From NCBI GenBank assembly GCA_951406725.2, contig OX597822.1:31372001-31436000 (forward strand): a stretch of DNA of 64,000 nt. Reading direction: 5' to 3'. Source of the stretch: Octopus vulgaris (Eukaryota). Both the position numbers and the translations under genes were made by a program. Below the pieces are notes generated by a model, which was not told the DNA's origin, ran no database searches, and saw only the letters and a list, made by a program, of their open reading frames with translations. This document shows positions 14,083 through 27,920 of the stretch, piece after piece (the stretch's first letter is position 1; each line of letters opens with the position of its first letter).

Positions 14083-16776
14083 GAGAATCTATATTATTTC
14101 TGAGGCTGCGCTAAATTTTCTCGATTTCTTTTTATAATATATTCCAGGCTGCGTTAAATCTTTTCGACTACTTTATACTTCATTGGTTTCTGTTCTTTCA
14201 ACCCTGTATGTGTGTTTTCTGCCCAGTATGTTTATGAATGATGAAGAATTGAAAATGGGAAATATATAGTTCTTGTTGCTCTCATTATTTGCAAAACTTA
14301 CTTTTCGTTACGATTTTTGCAATCCGCAAATTGATTTACCGTTTTCTTTTAAATAAATAATTATGACAAATTGAGAGTATCTATTATAGTGTTTTACTGC
14401 TGTTTTGCGTTATCGGCTCATTGATATAATTAATTGTATTAGTAAAGATTTTGACGTAATTAATAAGGTCTCCTCTATTTGTTGAGAGTTAATCATGTAT
14501 CAGTGATTTTCCTTATTTTGTTCATGTTGAAATAGTCCTCATCTTGTTTACATACAACGCCTTGTAAAAAACGTATAGCTTTGCGTCAATATTAAGTATC
14601 TTTAGTGTTTTGATGTTCCTGATATTAATAGTATTGAGTCTACGCCGAAAGCTGGTTCTTGTAATCATTTCTACAAATAACGTCAATTAATTCCACCTAC
14701 GCCATCCTTTGAAAGCCACAGTCATATTATTCATTGTCCCAACCTGCAGTTTTTATGAAATCGAGCCACTACACAGGAAATGAAAGCAATTATTTCCTTC
14801 CGGGCTTTCCTTTAACTGAATTTAGACTTCTAGTTCAGGCTTCATACCATTGTTGTTTTCTGATTGATTACGTTGAAGAAATTCAAATTAAATCATGTCA
14901 ACCATCACAATGATATAACTGAATATATTTGCAATAACCTTTGTGACAATAAGAGTTGATGCTGCACATAATGCATTTCGATACTGATATATATTTGTGT
15001 AATACATAGTGGAGTAGATACTGAAGTAGCTCCAGGTGTTTCGAATATTGTATTCTGTTTCCTAAACATTGACACTTGCCCTTGTTGTTGTTATTGCAGG
15101 AGATAGCTGCTAAATTAATAAGAATTGCTTCAAGGAGCACATTCAGTTTTTATTATAGATTTATGTACGAAAACATAGTGGTCAAAGAGGAGGTTTTACA
15201 GACAAATACAGGACGATACTGTGTAAAGCATGGTATATTAATATTCATTATGTTCTTTGTCATAAATAAGACGCTACAAATTGATCATCCAAATCAATGC
15301 AGGCTACTAAACAGTAATATACATTAATTGATCGATGACTCAAATAAATGCACTGTTCATAGAGAATTTGTTAAAATGTACATACGGTACACTGATACAT
15401 TGTGGTGTTCAAATGTTTTACTCAATACAGATTCGTATTTTATCTGAAATTTCTCAACAAATATAAAGAACAATGAAAGAATACTCGGAAATTCAACGTA
15501 AAATAATTCGAACCAAGAAAACATTGGGGAATGAGCGTAGGCATGACTGTGCATATTAAAATTTTGTATTGCATTTAAGTGGTTTCTGGTTCAATCCTAC
15601 AAGCATCAGTTCAATCTAAGCATTGTGAACTAAATTTGATGGGCAGAAACTGTGTAGAAAGTTGTCGGAAAGATCTATCAGCTTATGCGATAGCATTAAT
15701 CCCTCAAAACGTTGAAGAAACTCCTCTGCCAATTATGCCACGTTAACTGAGAATTTGGAACAAGCATCTGGACTGAGGTTAAGTTTGTTCTCTCGTCCGT
15801 CAATCACTGAGGAGAGTCAGTAACCTTTCCTTTCTTCTTTCACAAAATAATAAGAAAAGAAAAAAAACTAAGGAATTTTGATTATATACTGTAATAGAGA
15901 TTATGTGCTATGCATATTACGAATTCTGTGAGAGCATATAATGATCACAAGAATACATGACAAGAATGTAATGCATATTACATGAGCCCATGTCTTATTG
16001 GGGATTCTGACTTTTCATTTGTTCTTTTCACTCCAGTTCAGATCTAATCAACTCCTTTCGTGGTCAAAGATATTGCAGCATTGATAACTCTAGTTTTCTT
16101 ATAATTACAACTATATTATCCAATGTGACCATATATTTTTAAGCTGGTAGCATAGGGTTTGAAGGAGATTTCCTTGTTATTCTATCAGATCGAATAACCG
16201 TGTCAACTTTCTTTTGTTTGTTCGAACAGGAACTGGAACTCCTTAGATCAATTCAATTGGACAGCCAATTCGATTACCTCTATCTTTAATATAAATTCGA
16301 CTGAGAGAATACGAAATATCCGTTTACAATAACACCGCATCAGTATCAAACAGATGAAAGATCGTGGAATAATAGAAAACTTGAAGGCAATTGTGTATAG
16401 AAGTACACAACGAGGCCGCGCTCTAATCAAACTTAAAGTTTGATAGAAAATGTAGGTTCTGAGAATAGAAATTGAATGCAACAGTGGGATAAGGTTTCTA
16501 TTATAGGCAAATGACCACAATGGAGAATCGAAATTTTTTATATTGCAATAGTTCATAAACTAATCAGTGGAGAGTTTCCAAAATCAGCCTTAAATTGTCG
16601 ATATTTGTAAAAGCACATTGTAACAGTCCTTGAATATAAAAAGGCTTCTGCTTTCGAATCATTCTGTTGTGAGAATGAGTGTTAGAATGATTCCTTATAC
16701 AAAGGAATTCAATCAAATCTGAAACACATATTTGCAGATAAGTCACGGTAACAAATTTATGTAAACAGGTATTGCA

Positions 16777-17342
16777 TTGAGTTGTCCGGAAAGTTCGTGC
16801 CGATTTTTAAAGGAAAGGGAAATGTTAATAAATTTTTGCCATTACATTTTAAATCAACCAAATATGAACCATTTTGTTGCACAATGCGTCTCGATCTTTC
16901 CTTTAACTTGAAAATACCCTCTTCCCAGAATTGGGGTGGTTTCATGGCAAAGAATCCATCAAGGTATCTTTTTACGTCATTCAAGGAATTGAAATTTTTA
17001 CCATTAAGGCTATTCTGCAGTGACCCGAATAAGTGCAAATCCGAAGGAGCAATATCTGGTGAATATGGAGGGTGGGGTAACACATCCCAGCCAAGCTGCA
17101 ACAATTTTTGTCTGGTTCCCAAAGCATCAAGTGCCGAAAAGGAACTTTCTTATCTTCCATTTTAAAGGGTTACAGAATTAACACAAGTTATAGGAACATA
17201 AACCTTCTTCCGCGGAAAGATAGCTCAAATTTTGCTCTAAATGGAGGTGTAGTCAAATCCTATTTTATGGGCTCAACCATGTTTTAAAATAAGTCGAAAT
17301 GTAAGCTACTATAAATCAGCAAGAACTTTCCGGATAATCCAA
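16777..17342 (-). mobile_element. Internally deleted mariner (Tc1/mariner) DNA transposon
   Basis: Imperfect TIRs TTGAGTTGTCCGGAAAGTTCGTGCCGATTT and AAATCAGCAAGAACTTTCCGGATAATCCAA followed by TA. N-terminus MEDKKVPFRHLML is fused out of frame to the catalytic C-terminus LGWDVLPHPPYSPDIAPSDLHLF. Confidence 0.9.
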
Positions 17343-18280
17343 TATTTACTGTAACATGGAGAATTGCAAAATCTAATACGAAAGAAATTTACATTTTAAG
17401 CTTACATACCTAACTGAATGTGTTCAAAAGCTTGTACATATGCAATTATATATATTAGTGATTATTTATTACTATTAATCCGCGTGGTGGAAAGCAGAAT
17501 TGTTACAGCATCAAATAGAATTTTTATGTCATTTACTCTCCAGTACTCGCCTCTCTGAGCTCAGATTTGCTAAGGTCAACGTCAATTCTGTATTCCTTCA
17601 GAGATCGATAAGATACCAGTTTCATACTTAATTGAACAATACTTTACCTCTGCCTCTGTGTCCGTCAACCTCTGAATATTCATCACCTTCTCTCTGTCTC
17701 TCCCTCCTACTTCTCTCTTTCTCTTTCTTTCTCGAAAGAAGTGTCGATTAAAATCCTCTAACATCAATCGAAATATTATAAGGTATATTGAAAATAGTAT
17801 AAATGGCGGCTCGGGAAAAACAAACCGATAACATATGAATCAGACTTAAAAATATATCCCGAATGGGATGAAGGGGTTGTTCAGTTAACTACTTTAAGGC
17901 ATTGCCCCAGCATGGCCGCAACCCAATGACTGAAACAAGTTAAACAAGAGATATCTATCAGTCAGTCAGTCTCTCTATATATATTTATCTATCTTTTTAT
18001 TCTTATTTTTGTTTTTCTCTTTCAAGTAAGTCTGCTCCGAACGTCATCATTGGAGTCTGTTTTATTTTCTTTATCTTCCATTCTCTTTTCCATACATTCT
18101 CCCTCTAGATAGGTCAAAGACCTACTGTTATCAGGCTACTTTACATTAGGTAGGATTTGGAATGAATTTACGTGCATATGTACCCCGTTATTTTCGCAAA
18201 CAAGCATTCTGTTCGTTGAAGAACGGCGATGTAAATCATGAACACGGACTGCGAATACATAATTTTGTTACGAAATACGT

Positions 18281-18424
<144 letters not shown>

Positions 18425-18691
18425 ATAAGTGTAAATATTTTTGGTATGTGAGGTAACATTCAGTCATTAGATTTCGAAGAGAATATCTTAAGTAAATGTT
18501 TTTTTAAGTATATATATATACATATATATATATTTATACACGCTTGTCTATACGTGTGAGTGATTGTATAAATGTAGATGAATACACAAACACGTGCCTG
18601 TGGGTGCATATAAATTTGTATGTCTGTATACGTGAAAATAAAATGATGATGATGACGATGGTGACGATGGTGACGATGATGACGATGATGG

Positions 18692-18731
<40 letters not shown>

Positions 18732-19085
18732 TAAGGATGATGATATTGCCGGAGACATTGATATTCATACTGAAAATAAGAATAATATATACGTTTAAGA
18801 TATAATAATTCAGCGCAAAGAAAAGAAATTATTTTTAACAAAAATGTTAAAGATTTCTCACTCGATATAGTTTACACAAATGAAAGAAATGTAGCAGTTT
18901 CATAGCAAATATATATAGTTATAGGCGTAGGAGTGGGTGTGTAGTAAGTAGCTTACTTACGAACCACATGGTTCCGGGTTCAGTCCCACTGCATGGCACC
19001 TTGGGCGAGTGTCTTCACCTATAGCATAGGACCAACCAAGGCCTTGTGAGTGGATTTGGTTGTCGGAAACAGAAAGAAGCCCGTC

Positions 19086-19133
<48 letters not shown>

Positions 19134-19139
<6 letters not shown>

Positions 19140-19324
19140 TTATAGAAGGAGTTTCTACAGGACTAGAACTGTTTCATTCTTCAGCTTCAGCTTCCTGAAG
19201 ATTTCATCTGAATGAAACAGTTCTAGTCCTGTAGAAGCTCCTTCTATAAAATAAATTACTTTACTCAGCTATGTATTGAGTACCTTATTTACTGTGGTTA
19301 ACCCCGACTCAACCCGGGACCTAC
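19134..19324 (+). mobile_element. Short PLE-like terminus with 5' inverted duplication, nested in the internal microsatellite of a SINE
   Basis: 19136-19179 is the reverse complement of 19210-19254. Contains an HHR and AATAAA, and is bounded by (TA)n. Confidence 0.65.
19189..19239 (+). ncRNA. Type I hammerhead ribozyme motif
   Basis: AGCTTC-CTGAAGA-T-TTC(ATCT)GAA-T-GAAA-CAG(TTCTAGTC)CTG-TA-GAAGCT. 6-bp helix I, 4-bp helix III, GUA site at 19231-19233. Confidence 0.75.
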
Positions 19325-19366
<42 letters not shown>

Positions 19367-19678
19367 ATGTATGTGTATATGTTTGTGTGTCTGTGTGTGT
19401 GCATGTATGTGTATATGTTTGTGTGTCTGTGTTTCTCGCCCAAACGTCACTTAACAATCGATGCTGGTGTGCGTACATCCCCGTAACTTAGCGGTTCGGC
19501 AAAAGAACCGATAGAATAAGTACTAGGCTCACAAAGAATAATATCTGGGATTGATTTTCTCGACTAAAGGCTGTGCTCCAGCTTGGCCGCAGTCAAATGA
19601 CTGAAAGAACTAAAAGAGTAAGCATAAATACTTTCAGGCTGACTCACACACACACACACACATATGTATATATATATG

Positions 19679-19709
<31 letters not shown>

Positions 19710-19735
19710 GTATATATACATGCATGCATACATAT

Positions 19736-19786
<51 letters not shown>

Positions 19787-19839
19787 GCATGCATGTATAT
19801 ATATGCATTATGCAGGTTTGAATATATAAATATACAGGT

Positions 19840-20810
<971 letters not shown>

Positions 20811-21337
20811 CTGAAGCCAGTTTTTTCAAATTTTTCCTACTGAACCAAACAATTTGAAACTTCGTATACTGGTAGAATCTGTCAAAAGTAAACTTAATTT
20901 TAAACCAGAATGAAAACGGAATTGTAACTTCTAAGTTTAACGTTGTTTAATAATTAGAATTTTAACCAATGATATTCCGTCATTCGGCTTTATCTTATTT
21001 ACTCCGTCTCGACCACCAATTTGGTGACGTATTAAACATCTTAAATGTAAACAAGCCGCATGTCTCCGTGAAATCTCCTTCTAATTATTTAACGTACTCA
21101 TGTTTCCAGGATCCTATAGTCAGCCACCTTCTAATAACAATATTTAAAACTAGTTAATAAGCCACGTGTATTAAATTGAAAATGTTTCCATTCTGTTAGT
21201 ACTTGCTTTCGTTTGCTATTAAGAAGTGGCATCTCAGTGACGAGGCTTCTAACAAGATTTCGTTTCTAAGCTATTGCTTTTCATTTCACTTATTGTATTT
21301 ATTTGTGCAAAAGGCAAGAAATTTAATATTAAAAAAG

Positions 21338-21408
21338 CAAAGAGCTGGCAGAAACGTTAGCACGCCGGGCGAAATGCGTAGCCGTATTTCGTCTGCCGTT
21401 ACGTTCTG
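21338..21408 (+). mobile_element. SINE family C, 5' fragment
   Basis: GAGCTGGCAGAAACGTTAGCACGCCGGGCGAAATGCGTAGCCGTATTTCG. Confidence 0.75.
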
Positions 21409-21729
21409 TGTTTGTTTACAGTTTTCCGAACGTTACTACGTCACAAAAGCGCTTTCTACGTCACACTAATAGAATGCAGTCAAGTTTTACACATGAAAAC
21501 AAACAATCTGATTGGTTAAAATTCGCAGTTTTAATCTACGATTAAGTCATAAAATAGATTTTTCTCAAATAAACTAGTTCCAACCTGTGTCTTGTTTTGC
21601 TAGACTCTATCAGCATACGAAGTTTCAGAATATTTAGTTAAGTAGAAAGATCTGTGGTCCTGGCTTCAGAATTGAAAAGATCCTAAAATTGATATAATAT
21701 AGTGGCGTTTTCAAACTTCTTTTTTACAA

Positions 21730-21785
<56 letters not shown>

Positions 21786-24064
21786 ATATGTATGTATATA
21801 TACATTAGCAAAACTTTCCCTTCCTATTTGTTTAAGCAAGAGATTGTAACCGTGCTCAGTCAAATTTCTGTGGGCCTAAAAGATATTCCCATCAAGTATT
21901 TTTCGAAGATAGTGAGGTGAAAATTCCATATATTATTCAACGCAGCTAACGTGGATTTAGCTATGATAGCGACAACAGTTATTATATTTACAGGTCGCTT
22001 GGTTGAGCAAAGAGGGTGGCAAAAGGCAATGTATAGATAGGTTCCATTCTTGCCCGATTTTGACCTTCGAACAGTTATTGTTAATGTAGTTTTCGCCGAA
22101 AACTACGCCCTTTGAATATCAAGATGGAATTCTATCTCATAGTTCATTTGAATTTTCATAAAACGGGACACCGGTACAATACCCGGATCCCATTCTTACA
22201 TCAATACCGTTGTCCAATATATCGGTTAGCTATTTAACGATTATAGATTTTGCAGTTGCAATATTCCTTTTAAACTTGGCGAAATCTGGAATGGAGTCCT
22301 CTTTCACTTCGTAAGTTCCTATGGACTGAAATTTTGGCAATAAGAACAGATTCACGATTGATCACACTATCAGTAATCTAAGAAATTATATCCCGTTCAC
22401 CCAAGCATAAAGCATAAATGTTTGCGTAGGTTCCCATTAAAAATTTCGAAAATGGTGTCGCATAACCCCGTTATGCTTTCTTCCGTTTGTAAATCGATAT
22501 TCCGGGGTAGCTTTATATGGAACTCCACAATATCTCCGTGATAATGTGCGTATTGATTCTTAACAAATCCTGGCAGATTTGGACTTGAATATTGCAATCT
22601 GTGGTGGATTTCACCTTTTGTAAACAATTTGTCTTGAGAATGGAAATCTCTAATTTCAATAATTTTGTTAAAGGAGAAAGGGAAGCGTTATCGGACTTAG
22701 TCAACGACCCATACGTGTTGAAACAGAACAAACCAGTTACTCATGGCATGGCCGTTACCAAAGCGAAGAACACGGAGCAACTCACTTATTCTACATTGGG
22801 AATTTAATGACCTCATGTGCTTGTTGACATGTAAAAACCAATATATTTCGATTGCTTCCATGAAATTCTTGATGAATTCGTTGGACTTGTGCAGTGAAAT
22901 TTGTAACAGATTTCAATTTATAGTCGGGCAAAATTTAATGCTTAGCTCGCTTCACTTGACCACAGTGATCTTATCCGTTACACCATCTTCCTGTCTGTAT
23001 TTACAACTAGACTCTAAACATGAAATTTGATTTTCTGATTGAGATCTCTACTGCAGCTTCCGAGTATGTTTCTTGTCTGTATGCCAAAAGAATCAGGAAC
23101 AGCTGGTGCTGAGTCATAGATTTTCTTCCAGGACATATTCCATTCTGTATTTGCAAACAGGGAAACACAGTTAACAATATTTTAGTGAGGTAAATGTATC
23201 CTAATGTTTAATCCGCTGCCAGTCCAATTGCTTTCAGCTAAGAGAGATCCTACTGTTATAATGTGTTTGAAACACTATCATTTTGCTTCTCATCTCTCAG
23301 CGTTGATCATTTCAAGTAAGAGAAGAAATATGCATTTTCATTTTGTGACCTTGAGAGAGTGTGGCTATCAATCGCTGATCTTGCACCTGAGTTTCCGACA
23401 ATCTATCACCTAGCAAGCTTTGGGAAAGTGTGTGAAAGCCTTATTTCTATGTTCCTTCTCTTCATTGGCATCGTGTGATCATTTGTTCTTCAGATTCAAA
23501 AGCTGCCTTCCATTTAAAAACATTGCTCTTGAAGTCTTCCTGTCATCGACATTAATGATCCCAACATTAAAGTAAGTTGTGTGCATGTGGTGTTTGAAGT
23601 ATGACTCTCTAAGGAATTAATGCGATTTTATCTGAGATGCATGGTAGCGAGAGTGCATGTGCATATTCATGCGTATGTGTGTGTGTTTATGGTGTGGTGC
23701 GTACATGTATATGTACTGTGTGTGCGTACAGTATGTTTTGCTAGGTGTTACGTGTGTGTATGTGTGTGTATGTGTGTGTGTTGTGTGTGGGTCCAGTACG
23801 TTTTGCTAGGTGTTACGTGTGTCTATTTTTGATGGACGTGTATAAATTAAAACCTTAGTGTCTGATCTTAAAAAAAAAGTTTATATACGTTTATAAATTT
23901 CTTACTATAGATATATTTATTTTACAGGATTCTAAGCTTACATACGAGACCAATCGATGTCTGATTCATGTATATTCACGACATTTTGCCTAACCTATGT
24001 AAATAAATCAAGCTAAACAATTGGAAGATTCACTTTTACGAAGTTATGTTCGTAGAAAACCTGC

Positions 24065-24108
<44 letters not shown>

Positions 24109-24529
24109 TGTATGTATGTATGTATGTATGCATGCATGTATGTATACAGATATGGAGGTATTTATTTATAAACATCAATTTCTTCAAAGATATTCAAATC
24201 AATATCATATGAAATTCTTATCCCTACAGCCGTTTCCGTATCCAATTAGTTCAAGAAGAGAAATTAAATTAAAGTGAAGTAGATTAATTCAAAATGTTCA
24301 TATTGAAACTGGTTAACTGGGTATTTCATCGGTGGTGAATTTTCAGAATGGAGTTACATCCCAATGACTGACTCAGACGCGTGCGTTTTGGTAATATATG
24401 CATTTAAAAGAAATCGTTATGAGGATATATACACTTATAAACTAATATGTATGATATAGTTGTGAGCGTACGTTTGTTATAAATGATAGTTGTTATGAGT
24501 GGTGGTGTTCCAATTAGGGTGAACAAGGT

Positions 24530-24600
<71 letters not shown>

Positions 24601-24603
<3 letters not shown>

Positions 24604-25040
24604 TAAATGAAAGAATGGAGTCGAACGAAGATGTTAACAAAATTCCTTTACTCTCGACACATGTTTCGAAGACAGCATATTTTCATTCCAAAGGAATAAA
24701 GGGTGCATTATGCAATCTTCTCATCAGGAAGGAAAGGGAGCCTCTCTCGACAACAAGACAAACAAAATTTCCATGATTGCCTACATAGTAAACAAAGCGA
24801 TAATAAGTGTTTGTTTTTGAAAACCGTTAGAAGAATTGACGTCAAAAATATATAGTAGGAAGAGAAGGGATAAAGTAATAATTGGTAGGGAACACGTGGA
24901 GAGGGAAGGGTACGTTGATTGAAAGAATGTTCGAAGGCTTAGGAAAGAATTTCTCTATAGAAGTGGGGTGGACGTAAAGCTAATTGTTCAAACTACAGTG
25001 ACTATCGTTATCATTTATATGAGTAGAAAGTGTGTTTCTG
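24601..25040 (-). mobile_element. PLE-like terminal repeat containing an HHR, abutting (TA)n
   Basis: HHR at 24645-24738 about 45 nt from a (TA)n tract. The far boundary is uncertain. Confidence 0.45.
24645..24738 (-). ncRNA. Type I hammerhead ribozyme motif with extended helix II, sense to the receptor intron
   Basis: Minus strand: CCTTT-CC-TTC-CTGATGA-GAAGA.GCATA...TATGC.TCTTC-GAAA-C(ATGT)G-TC-GAG-AGT-AAAGG. Confidence 0.7.
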
Positions 25041-25159
25041 CCTGTGTTTCCTTTCTGGAAATTCTCGTCTGATGAAATACCCAAATAACCAGTTTCAATA
25101 TGAAATTGTTAAATAAATTTGTCTTAATTTAATTCCTCTAATTCATTCTTTAGAAGCAT

Positions 25160-25271
25160 AGTACTTATTCTATCGTTCTTTTTTGCCGAACCGCTAAGTT
25201 ACGGGGACGTAAACACACCAGCATCGGTTGTTAAGCGATGTTGGGGGGAACAAACACAGACACACAAAAAT

Positions 25272-25306
<35 letters not shown>

Positions 25307-25462
25307 CATATATACGGCGGGCTTCTTTCAGTTTCTTTCAAGGCTTTGGTCGACCCGATGCTATAGTAGAAGACACTTGTCCAAGGTGCCACGCTGTGGG
25401 ACTGAACCCGAAACTATATGGTTCGTAAGTAAGCTACTTACCACACAGCCACTCCTACGCCT
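25160..25462 (-). mobile_element. SINE family A, partial
   Basis: Reverse-complement match to the family A head and body, with an internal deletion. Confidence 0.8.
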
Positions 25463-25694
25463 GCATATCAATAATATAAACATAAACATCAGAAATACGT
25501 TTCATAAAAAATCATTAATTATATCTACAGACAAACAAGGCTCTTTTGCATGTCAATTTTGTAGACTCATTCGTTCTGAAGATTATCGGTCATTTTATGG
25601 GGCAATTTTATAAATTGCCATCCTGAAATTATGCCACCCTCTAGGATCGGATATAATTTCAAGAACTACCGAATTGATTAATAGTGGGATGTAT

Positions 25695-25862
25695 TCTTTT
25701 ATTTGTTTCTGATATTTGAGTTCGGCCATGCTGGTGCACCGCCCTTTTTGAACAAATCGGTGCCATGTGTTTTTCTGTGCGAGCCTAGTACTTATTTTAT
25801 CGGTGTCTTTTTCCGAACCGCTAAGTTGCGGGGACGCAAAGACAACAACATCGGTTGTCAAA
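25695..25862 (-). mobile_element. SINE family A, diverged 3' half
   Basis: GGCCATGCTGGTGCACCGCC...CCGAACCGCTAAGTT. Confidence 0.75.
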
Positions 25863-25920
25863 TGTATGTGTATGCATGTGGGCGTACATAGTTATATATA
25901 TATATATATATATATATACT

Positions 25921-26322
25921 CTCTCTTTTTACTCTCTTTTACTTGTTTCAGTCATTTGACTGCGGCCATGCTGGAGCACCGCCTTTAATCGAGCAACTCG
26001 ACCCCGGAACTTATTCTTTTTGTAATCCCAGTTCCTATTCTATCGGTCTCTTTTGCCGAACCGCTAAGTAACGGGGACATAAACACACCAGCATCGGTTG
26101 TCAAGCAATGCTAGGGGGACAAACACAGACACACAAACAAACACACATGCATATATATATACATATATACGACAGGCTTCTTTCAGTTTCTGTCTAGCAA
26201 ATCCACTCACAAGGCATTGGTCGGCCCGGGGCTATAGCAGAAGACACTTGCCCAAGATGCCACGCAGTGGGACTGAACCCGGTACCATGTGGTTGGTTAT
26301 CAAGCTACTTACCACACAGCCA
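25921..26322 (-). mobile_element. SINE family A, near full length
   Basis: High similarity to the copies at 46477 and 56463. Confidence 0.85.
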
Positions 26323-26854
26323 AAAGTAAAGTTGCAAGGCAAGGTACCGCATAAGTGGAAATATATATGAAACAATATTTTTCTAAAAAAGTGAAACAGC
26401 TCAAGTGAATTGAGATCTTTAAAATTGCATTTTCAAACCTTCTTTCATATATACATATATACATTTATATATATATATATATTAGTTATACACAAAGAGA
26501 CGCGCGCGCACACACACGCATATGTGTGTGTTCGTGTGGTATCTGCACGAACGCTCAGCTCTGCATGCAACACTTATTAGAGCAGAACGAGCTAGTTAGT
26601 AAGCTAACGATGTTATTATGCGGCTCCTTCTGTTTTGTCAATTATTAGTTGATATGCAGTAAAAGCTACAACTCAGAAGGAAAATTGCAAAGATAAGTAC
26701 ACAGGTAGAGGAACAGAGGGACAGATAGTTGTATATTTATATATAAATACAGAAGTTTTGTAAATATAAACAGAGATACACTAGTGTCCTTCTTCAATAT
26801 ACTTGTAACGTGTTGGATTTGGCCTAGTTAATTTGTTACATATATATGTATATG

Positions 26855-27242
26855 GTGGAGGCGCAATGGCCCAGTGGTTAGGGCAGCGGACTCGCGGTTA
26901 TAGGATCGCGGTTTCGATTCCCAGACCGGGCGTTGTGAGTGTTTATTGAGCGAAAACACCTAAAAGCTCCACGAGGCTCCGGCAGGGGATGGTGGTGATC
27001 CCTGCTGTACTCTTTCACCACAACTTTCTCTCACTTTTACTTCCTGTTTCTGTTGTACCTGTATTTCAAAGGGCCGGCCTTGTCACTCTCTGTGTCACGC
27101 TGAATATCCCCGAGATCTAGTTAAGGGTACACGTGTCTGTGGAGTGCTCAGCCACTTACACGTTAATTTCACGAGCAGGCTGTTCCGTTGATTCGGATCA
27201 ACCGGAACCCTCGTCGTCTAAACCGACGGAGTGCTTCCATCC
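26855..27242 (+). mobile_element. SINE family B (tRNA-Arg-like head), full length, 11-bp TSD
   Basis: TGGCCCAGTGG A-box, GACTCGC anticodon-like loop, GGTTTCGATTCC B-box. TSD ATATGTATATG at 26844-26854 and 27243-27253. Confidence 0.88.
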
Positions 27243-27461
27243 ATATGTATATGATTGCATCTGTTATACATACTTAAATACATACAGGCACACATTCGCA
27301 TATTTATTGAACGGACGCGTGCTAACTAAAATTTGTGCACTCCAGCGTACGCCAGAGAGGAATTCTGATTCGTTAGATGTCCTCCTATTGAAGTAATTAA
27401 CGAAGTATTAGATCTGAAACTTTTTACGTGTAAAATCATTGATATTTTTTTTTTTACTTAC

Positions 27462-27879
27462 CTCTGAATTCATGTAAAATGCTAAATGGCATTACGATAA
27501 GAGAAACTAATAAATCAGTGACAGCTAAGGAGAACAGAAAGTAATTGGTGACAGTTTGAAGTCTCCGTTCCTTAGCAATGGCAAGACAAACGAGAAGATT
27601 TCCTGTAATTCCAAAAATTACAAATGGAGCTGGTGCAAGAGCCCACCAGTTGAGGGTGCCGTCAAGGTCTCCTGTATTCAAACTTCCATTGTTCGTACCA
27701 TTAGTTCCATTAAAGAAACATAAGCCATCACCGCAAGGATTTTGAGTGAAATCCGGGTGAGTGAAACTGGGTAATGGCCTTTGCCCAAACGACAAATTAA
27801 GTGTACCACCATCTTCGGGTAGTATGTCTTCAGTCTGTGGGTCAATTCGAAATAGGTCCCTAGTAGTATGGAACTCCAT
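27462..27879 (-). CDS. 5-HT2-type serotonin receptor (class A aminergic GPCR), coding exon 1: N-terminus, TM1, TM2
   Basis: ATG at 27879 (the ORF-track start at 27882 is GTG). Encodes [41 protein letters not shown] (TM1 GN, TM2 LAxxD) and N-glycosylation sequons NLS, NGT, NGT, NGS. Ends AGA G|GTAAGT, a phase-1 donor at 27461. 139 codons plus 1 nt. Confidence 0.95.
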
Positions 27880-27901
27880 CACAACGGAACTCTGGCCAAA
27901 A

Positions 27902-27920
27902 CTGCAAATAAAAAGAAAGA
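27902..27920 (-). promoter_or_regulatory. Probable splice acceptor just upstream of the start codon, implying a further 5'UTR exon upstream
   Basis: Minus strand reads TCTTTCTTTTTATTTGCAG|TTTTGGCC, 22 nt before the ATG. Confidence 0.6.

Larger units (their letters stand above)
18924..19620 (+). mobile_element. SINE family A (tRNA-like head, internal microsatellite), full length, with nested insert
   Basis: A-box-like TGGGTGTGTAG and B-box GGTTCAGTCC. Conserved 3' GTGCTCCAGC.TGGCCGCAGTCAAATGACTGAAA. At least 10 copies in the window. Confidence 0.85.

Noticed and set aside
22592-23600. Possible Penelope RT N-terminal trace (KGEREALSDLVNDP) and minus-strand APE-like trace (FNVGIINV)
   Set aside because: Too short and degenerate to call without a profile search
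26855-26930. tRNA-Arg-like gene
   Set aside because: It is the head of a multi-copy SINE with a TSD and has no proper acceptor stem
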